Shown: positions 16,013 through 20,000 of the stretch, in pieces
How the letters are laid out: every line of letters starts with the position of its first letter
Position numbering within the stretch: position 1 is the first letter of the stretch
IMG/VR virus record: IMGVR_UViG_3300010938_000034
Length of the DNA stretch: 20,000 nt
Reading direction: 5' to 3' (one strand)
From: an uncultured virus (IMG/VR IMGVR_UViG_3300010938_000034)
Taxonomy: Duplodnaviria > Heunggongvirae > Uroviricota > Caudoviricetes
Program-made: the position numbers and the translations under genes
The notes under the pieces: model-generated
Database searches by the model: none
What the model was told of the DNA's origin: nothing
The model's input: only the letters and a program-made list of their open reading frames with translations

Positions 16013-16280
16013 CCAATTTAGTCAAGACTGGATGGAGTTTTATTATGATGAGAATTGGGGAGTTCCAGATTATCCATTCTCAATCAAAGAATTCCAAGCT
16101 CCAACTGCTCAGGAAGCTCAACCGACTGTTGCTCAGCCTTTACCAGCAGAAGCACAAGTTCCAGCTGTTAGTCAAGCTCCAGCTGAACTTAAAGCTTCTA
16201 TTTTGGAGAAAATACCTACTTGGGGATGGATTGCCATTGGAATAGGGGCATTTTTATTTTTTACAAGAAAAAAAAGATAA
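16005..16280 (+). CDS. small tail-anchored protein with Ala/Pro/Gln linker
   Basis: AGGAGG SD; ends IPTWGWIAIGIGAFLFFTRKKR. Confidence 0.7.
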   Translation: MNNQFSQDWMEFYYDENWGVPDYPFSIKEFQAPTAQEAQPTVAQPLPAEAQVPAVSQAPAELKASILEKIPTWGWIAIGIGAFLFFTRKKR

Positions 16281-16313
16281 TTTAATCTAAAGTTTTTTAA
16301 GGAGGTGATATAG

Positions 16314-16715
16314 ATGTTTTATGGATTAGGCCAGTATGAAGAATATTCACCTGATATGTGGAAAGGTTCTATATATGACTTAAGTTCTGTATCTACAGGA
16401 GCTCAAAGCTCTTCATCTCAAGCTCTTCCTGTTTTACAAAGTTTAATTAGTTCAGCAGGAGTTGTTTTGGGAAAATATTTTGAATTATCAGCGGTAAAGG
16501 AACAGGCCGAAGCTGCTAAAACTCAAGCAGAAATTTTGGCTAAATTAAGAACTCCAACTACGACTACAGCAATTCAACCAGCAGCAATAACTCCAACAAC
16601 AAAGATAGCTGGGGTTGAATGGCCTATACTAGCTATAATTGGGTTTGGGATTTTTGTAGTGCTTAGAGGCAGAGAAAGAAAGGAATCTGTAAGAAGAAAA
16701 AGAAGGAAAAAATAA
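16314..16715 (+). CDS. tail-anchored virion membrane protein (paralog of 13501..13854)
   Basis: Starts MFYGLGQ; ALPVL..IS..G / EAAKTQAEI shared with 13501; IAGVEWPILAIIGFGIFVVLR followed by a basic tail. Confidence 0.7.
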   Translation: MFYGLGQYEEYSPDMWKGSIYDLSSVSTGAQSSSSQALPVLQSLISSAGVVLGKYFELSAVKEQAEAAKTQAEILAKLRTPTTTTAIQPAAITPTTKIAGVEWPILAIIGFGIFVVLRGRERKESVRRKRRKK

Positions 16716-17029
16716 TGAATACAACACTAATTATTCTAAGTGTTGCAGGATGGATACTGTTAGGTATAATAATTCCTGTTTTTAGGTATATAATTAAAAA
16801 ATTATATGAAGAAATTGACTCTTTAAAAAATTGGAAGAATTCTATGGAGGAAGAAATAATGATAAAAACAGAGCATAATCAATTATGTAATCAAATACAA
16901 AAAGAAAATATTCAATTAATTTTTAATAAAATTGAACATATGATGAAAATACATAAAGAGTGGTTAGAAGAACGTTTGGGTAGATTAGAATCTGATATGA
17001 AATTATATGTTCAAAAGCAAAAGGAGTAA
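16715..17029 (+). CDS. N-terminal TM, coiled-coil protein
   Basis: TAATG coupling; hydrophobic aa 5-24, then heptad-like helices. Confidence 0.65.
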   Translation: MNTTLIILSVAGWILLGIIIPVFRYIIKKLYEEIDSLKNWKNSMEEEIMIKTEHNQLCNQIQKENIQLIFNKIEHMMKIHKEWLEERLGRLESDMKLYVQKQKE

Positions 17030-17032
17030 ATC

Positions 17033-17257
17033 ATGCAAATTAAAAAAGAGGATGATATTATTGAAATGGAGAAGGATGATAATGGAACTTATCATCCTAT
17101 AACTCCATATAGGAGACCAAAAATAGAAGTCCATATGCATAATGAGATAAAGACACCACCTGTATATCAATTTTTTGAAGGTTTCATAATCGGATTAGAA
17201 GCAATTGAAAGATTCTTAAGAGTAAGTCAGAGAATTACAAAGGATTGGTTTAAATAA
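17033..17257 (+). CDS. hypothetical protein
   Basis: AAGGAG SD; TAATG-coupled to the next gene. Confidence 0.6.
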   Translation: MQIKKEDDIIEMEKDDNGTYHPITPYRRPKIEVHMHNEIKTPPVYQFFEGFIIGLEAIERFLRVSQRITKDWFK

Positions 17258-17841
17258 TGACTGAATGGGCTGATAAAAATAAAATATTTATTTCTTTACC
17301 AACTGAACAAATATTAGCTATTACTGCATATGGAGAAGCACGTTCAGAAGGTGGAGAAGGAATGATGGCTGTTCTCAATGTAATTAAAAATAGAACTAAA
17401 GATTTAAATAGATTTGCAGATAGTGAGATATTAAGTTTAACTGGAAGCCCTTATCATGCTGTTATTCTAAAACCTTATCAATTTTCGATGTATAATCCTG
17501 GAACTTATTCAAGAGAAATAGCTGAAGATTTAGCAAATAATTTTTATGTAAAGCTTTTAAGTGATAATGAACTTCAAATTGCTTATAAATTAAGTGTTAT
17601 GCTTTTAACAGGAGATTTAGTAGACAATACAGGAGGAGCAGACCATTACCATTCGGTTACTGTTAAACCTTCATGGTCAAGCGAATTTCAAAAAACTGCA
17701 CAAATCGGGAACCATATATTTTATGCTTCGGTTCCAGGATTAGGAGTTACACTTGCAGGTTTAACTGAAAGTCCTATTTCTTTGGTTTTATGGTTAGGTT
17801 TAATAGTTGGAATTACATATAGATATCTAAAGAAAAAATAA
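17257..17841 (+). CDS. SleB/Hydrolase_2-family cell wall hydrolase with C-terminal membrane anchor
   Basis: TAYGEARSEG..GMMAVLNVIKNR, PYQFS, TGGADHYH, PSW and IGNHIFY motifs; ends LAGL...LVLWLGLIVGITYRYLKKK. Confidence 0.9.
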   Translation: MTEWADKNKIFISLPTEQILAITAYGEARSEGGEGMMAVLNVIKNRTKDLNRFADSEILSLTGSPYHAVILKPYQFSMYNPGTYSREIAEDLANNFYVKLLSDNELQIAYKLSVMLLTGDLVDNTGGADHYHSVTVKPSWSSEFQKTAQIGNHIFYASVPGLGVTLAGLTESPISLVLWLGLIVGITYRYLKKK

Positions 17842-17856
17842 AAGGAGGTTATAATT

Positions 17857-18042
17857 ATGGGAAAATTAATATTAGGCTTTGTTTTAGGATTTATCTTATC
17901 AGATGCTATTACAAATAAGTATCCTAAAGCACAGCAATTCAAAATTTCTCCTAAAACTTTGGAAAATCTTTTTCCTCCTATCGAAACAAAACAGCAAGTA
18001 AAAGGGTTTGAAAATGTCCCAAGATTATTAGTAAATTTTTAA
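17857..18042 (+). CDS. small protein with hydrophobic N-terminus
   Basis: AAGGAGG SD; MGKLILGFVLGFILS. Confidence 0.6.
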   Translation: MGKLILGFVLGFILSDAITNKYPKAQQFKISPKTLENLFPPIETKQQVKGFENVPRLLVNF

Positions 18043-18055
18043 GGAGGTGATAATT

Positions 18056-18508
18056 ATGTTTTTTGGAGCTGTTCCTCTTTTAATGAAAGGATCTAAAGGT
18101 GAAGCAGTTAGACAGTTGCAAGAAAATTTAATTGCATTAGGATTTCAATTACCAAAATATGGAGCAGATGGAATATTTGGAGATGAAACAGAAAAAGCAG
18201 TTAAAGATTTTCAATACACATGGGGACTTACTGTTGATGGAATTGCAGGCCCCGAAACAATGGCGGCAATGGATCAGGCATTAAACCTATTAGCTGAAGG
18301 ATTATGGAATCCATCCCTAGAACCATTACAGTATGTTCCTAGTGTAACTCCAACAGTTACTCCTTCAGCCATTCCAGCACAATTACCCAGTATTGTTCAA
18401 GCTATACCTCAAAAAATAGCTGGAATTGATAAAAAATGGTTTATAATTGGTGGAGCTGCTGTAGTAGGAGTAATGCTTTTATTTAAGCCCAAAAAGAAAA
18501 GACAATAA
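18056..18508 (+). CDS. peptidoglycan-binding domain (PG_binding_1-like) protein with C-terminal anchor
   Basis: SD spacing favours ATG 18056 (MFFGAVP); LMKGSKGEAVRQLQENL..LGF...DGIFGDETEKAVKDFQ...GLTVDGIAGPET; ends IAGIDKKWFIIGGAAVVGVMLLFKPKKKRQ. Confidence 0.9.
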   Translation: MFFGAVPLLMKGSKGEAVRQLQENLIALGFQLPKYGADGIFGDETEKAVKDFQYTWGLTVDGIAGPETMAAMDQALNLLAEGLWNPSLEPLQYVPSVTPTVTPSAIPAQLPSIVQAIPQKIAGIDKKWFIIGGAAVVGVMLLFKPKKKRQ

Positions 18509-18517
18509 GGAGGTTTT

Positions 18518-18871
18518 ATGAAAAAAATAAAATTTTTAATAATTATTGCTTCTATGTTTTTTATTCCTTCTGTATTGATGGCTTCTCCTTTTCTTGTATG
18601 TGATCCCTATCCACAGGGGCAAATACAACCTGATTATTTTGTATTGAATATTGATGGTAAAGATGTAATTTCACAAGCTATAATAAATCCAGATAATTCA
18701 AAACAGTTGAAATATGATATAGGATGGGTTTCCCCAGGGTCTCATAGTTTAACTGTTAAGGCTTGTATAGGGAATAACAGTCCGTGGGATTTATGTAGTG
18801 AAGCAGTCCCTTTCGATTTTACAAGACCTTTCCTGGCTGCTCCCCCATCAGGTTTAAAACTTATTAGATAG
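18518..18871 (+). CDS. secreted small beta-sandwich (FN3/Ig-like) protein
   Basis: Sec-type signal MKKIKFLIIIASMFFIPSVLMA; PGSHSLTVKAC...CSE pattern. Confidence 0.6.
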   Translation: MKKIKFLIIIASMFFIPSVLMASPFLVCDPYPQGQIQPDYFVLNIDGKDVISQAIINPDNSKQLKYDIGWVSPGSHSLTVKACIGNNSPWDLCSEAVPFDFTRPFLAAPPSGLKLIR

Positions 18872-18873
18872 AT

Positions 18874-19287
18874 ATGATAAATTTAATTAAGTATCCACCA
18901 AAATTTTATGTTCTTTACTCTAATAAAGGATATGAGCTGAGATTACTTATAAGGCCAGATGGAAGGATGTATAAAATATTTATTAAAAAAGGTAGATACT
19001 ATGATGAAGTATATGGCAATCCAAATGTTAGACCAGAAAAAGAAATGGCATTGATTGCTAAAGCTCTTGATTCTGGCAATTTAGTTTTAACAAGTGAAGG
19101 ACTTTTTGAAAAAGAGGAGATGTTTGAAAATTTGATTAGAATTTGTTGTGCTTGTGGAAAAATAATGGGAGAAAAAGAGCCTTATGAAGATAAGTCTTAT
19201 ACACATGGTCTATGCGATGAATGTCTTAGAAAAGAGCTTGAAAAAATAGAAATAATGAGAAAAGAAGGCAAAATAAAAAATGATTAA
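18874..19287 (+). CDS. hypothetical protein with C-terminal Zn-binding motif
   Basis: ICCACGK...THGLCDEC. Confidence 0.65.
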   Translation: MINLIKYPPKFYVLYSNKGYELRLLIRPDGRMYKIFIKKGRYYDEVYGNPNVRPEKEMALIAKALDSGNLVLTSEGLFEKEEMFENLIRICCACGKIMGEKEPYEDKSYTHGLCDECLRKELEKIEIMRKEGKIKND

Positions 19288-19295
19288 ATCTATTT

Positions 19296-19661
19296 ATGAA
19301 TAAATTCAGAATTAAAATATGTCCATTAGCCGAAAAAGACCATAAAAAAGACCAAAGAGCTTATGCCCATTGGGGTCATTATCCAAAAACGATATGTATT
19401 TCACAATCAATATATAGACTTCCCAAACAGGTTTCATTAGCACTTCTTCTTCATGAATTAGGTCATGCTTTATGTGATGGAGAGTATGAAGAAGAAGCTA
19501 ATAAAACAATTTACAATCTGTTTAAAATAAAAATAAAATATGCTCCAGAAACTCCATGGGGAAAAAGATTACAATATATCTTAAGCCCAGAAGTTCCTAA
19601 AGTCATTAATATCCTTAAAAAATTTATTTCTGAATCTTCTTTGAAACCTTTTCTGCAATAG
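19296..19661 (+). CDS. small zincin-like metallopeptidase
   Basis: LLLHELGHAL (HExxH) with downstream EEEAN acidic helix. Confidence 0.65.
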   Translation: MNKFRIKICPLAEKDHKKDQRAYAHWGHYPKTICISQSIYRLPKQVSLALLLHELGHALCDGEYEEEANKTIYNLFKIKIKYAPETPWGKRLQYILSPEVPKVINILKKFISESSLKPFLQ

Positions 19662-19809
19662 AAATTACTTTTTTAGCATCTTGAGCTATATTACCTAAAG
19701 CTTGAGCCGCAGTAGATAAGTTTTTACTTAAAGATTCTATTGCAGATAAACCTTCTAATAATTGATTTGAATCTTCTCTCAATATTTTAAAAATATCTTC
19801 GGGTTTCAT
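19624..19809 (-). CDS. small helical hypothetical protein, convergent with the structural block
   Basis: 61-aa ORF preceded by GAGGGG on the minus strand. Confidence 0.6.
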   Translation of the reverse strand: MKPEDIFKILREDSNQLLEGLSAIESLSKNLSTAAQALGNIAQDAKKVISIAEKVSKKIQK

Positions 19810-19879
19810 ATTTTTTCCCCTCTGTAAATTTAAAAATACCGCTTTTTTAAAGACTTTTTAATTTACCTATATATTTTTA

Positions 19880-19999
19880 TTACCTTTTTTTGCCTGTTTT
19901 TTTAAATTCTGCATATTTATAACCCCAATTGGTAATTTCATATAAAGCTGGTCTTGTCTTAGGTTTTACTTCTGTTATACAGTTGTATCGCTTTAAAAT
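19880..19999 (-). CDS. 3' end of a gene extending beyond the window, possibly a winged-helix C-terminus
   Basis: Open frame ILKRYNCITEVKPKTRPALYEITNWGYKYAEFKKTGKKR*; YxITxxG resembles a wHTH wing. Confidence 0.4.
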   Translation of the reverse strand: MLKRYNCITEVKPKTRPALYEITNWGYKYAEFKKTGKKR

Positions 20000-20000
20000 A

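Larger units (their letters stand above)
1..20000 (+). mobile_element. segment of a tailless, membrane-containing dsDNA bacteriophage or provirus (morphogenesis region)
   Basis: Co-oriented compact genes; muralytic enzymes with membrane anchors; many small membrane proteins; beta-rich capsid-like ORFs; no recognisable Caudoviricetes hallmark or cellular housekeeping gene. Confidence 0.75.

Noticed and set aside
476..17942. Minus-strand ORFs (476, 802, 1557, 2289, 5462, 10162, 11339, 15487, 17721) and + strand 16045..16245
   Set aside because: They overlap better-supported + strand genes and have the Phe/Leu/Ile-rich composition expected of shadow frames of A-rich coding DNA
1..20000. Archaeal virus or alternative genetic code
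   Set aside because: SLT, SleB-like and PG-binding domains point to a bacterial host, and genes tile densely under the standard code with TAA, TAG and TGA all used as stops

Overview
AT-rich, gene-dense, almost entirely + strand segment of a bacterial virus or provirus genome, with strong AGGAGG ribosome-binding sites and three peptidoglycan-directed proteins. No terminase, portal, HK97 capsid, tail or tape-measure gene is recognisable. The content instead fits the morphogenesis module of a tailless, internal-membrane, jelly-roll-capsid virus (inference). In order, it holds: small early-type ORFs; an Arg-rich Asn-Pro-repeat membrane/core protein; and a probable 220-aa major capsid protein gene split by a 1110-nt group I intron (3190-4299), whose P1, P3-P10 helices and splice sites can be read directly and whose LAGLIDADG ORF runs through the ribozyme core. 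These are followed by a free-standing LAGLIDADG endonuclease, a tandem-duplicated capsid-like protein, several spike/adhesin-like proteins (some with signal peptides), a holin-like/lipoprotein pair, a half-ferritin and a lytic transglycosylase. Then comes a block of nine proteins ending in an 'AG' + transmembrane helix + basic tail anchor, most also carrying an N-proximal F-x-G-[FL]-G-like motif, and finally a small HExxH metallopeptidase. An opposite-strand gene block starts at the right edge. All family assignments come from reading motifs by eye; no searches were run.
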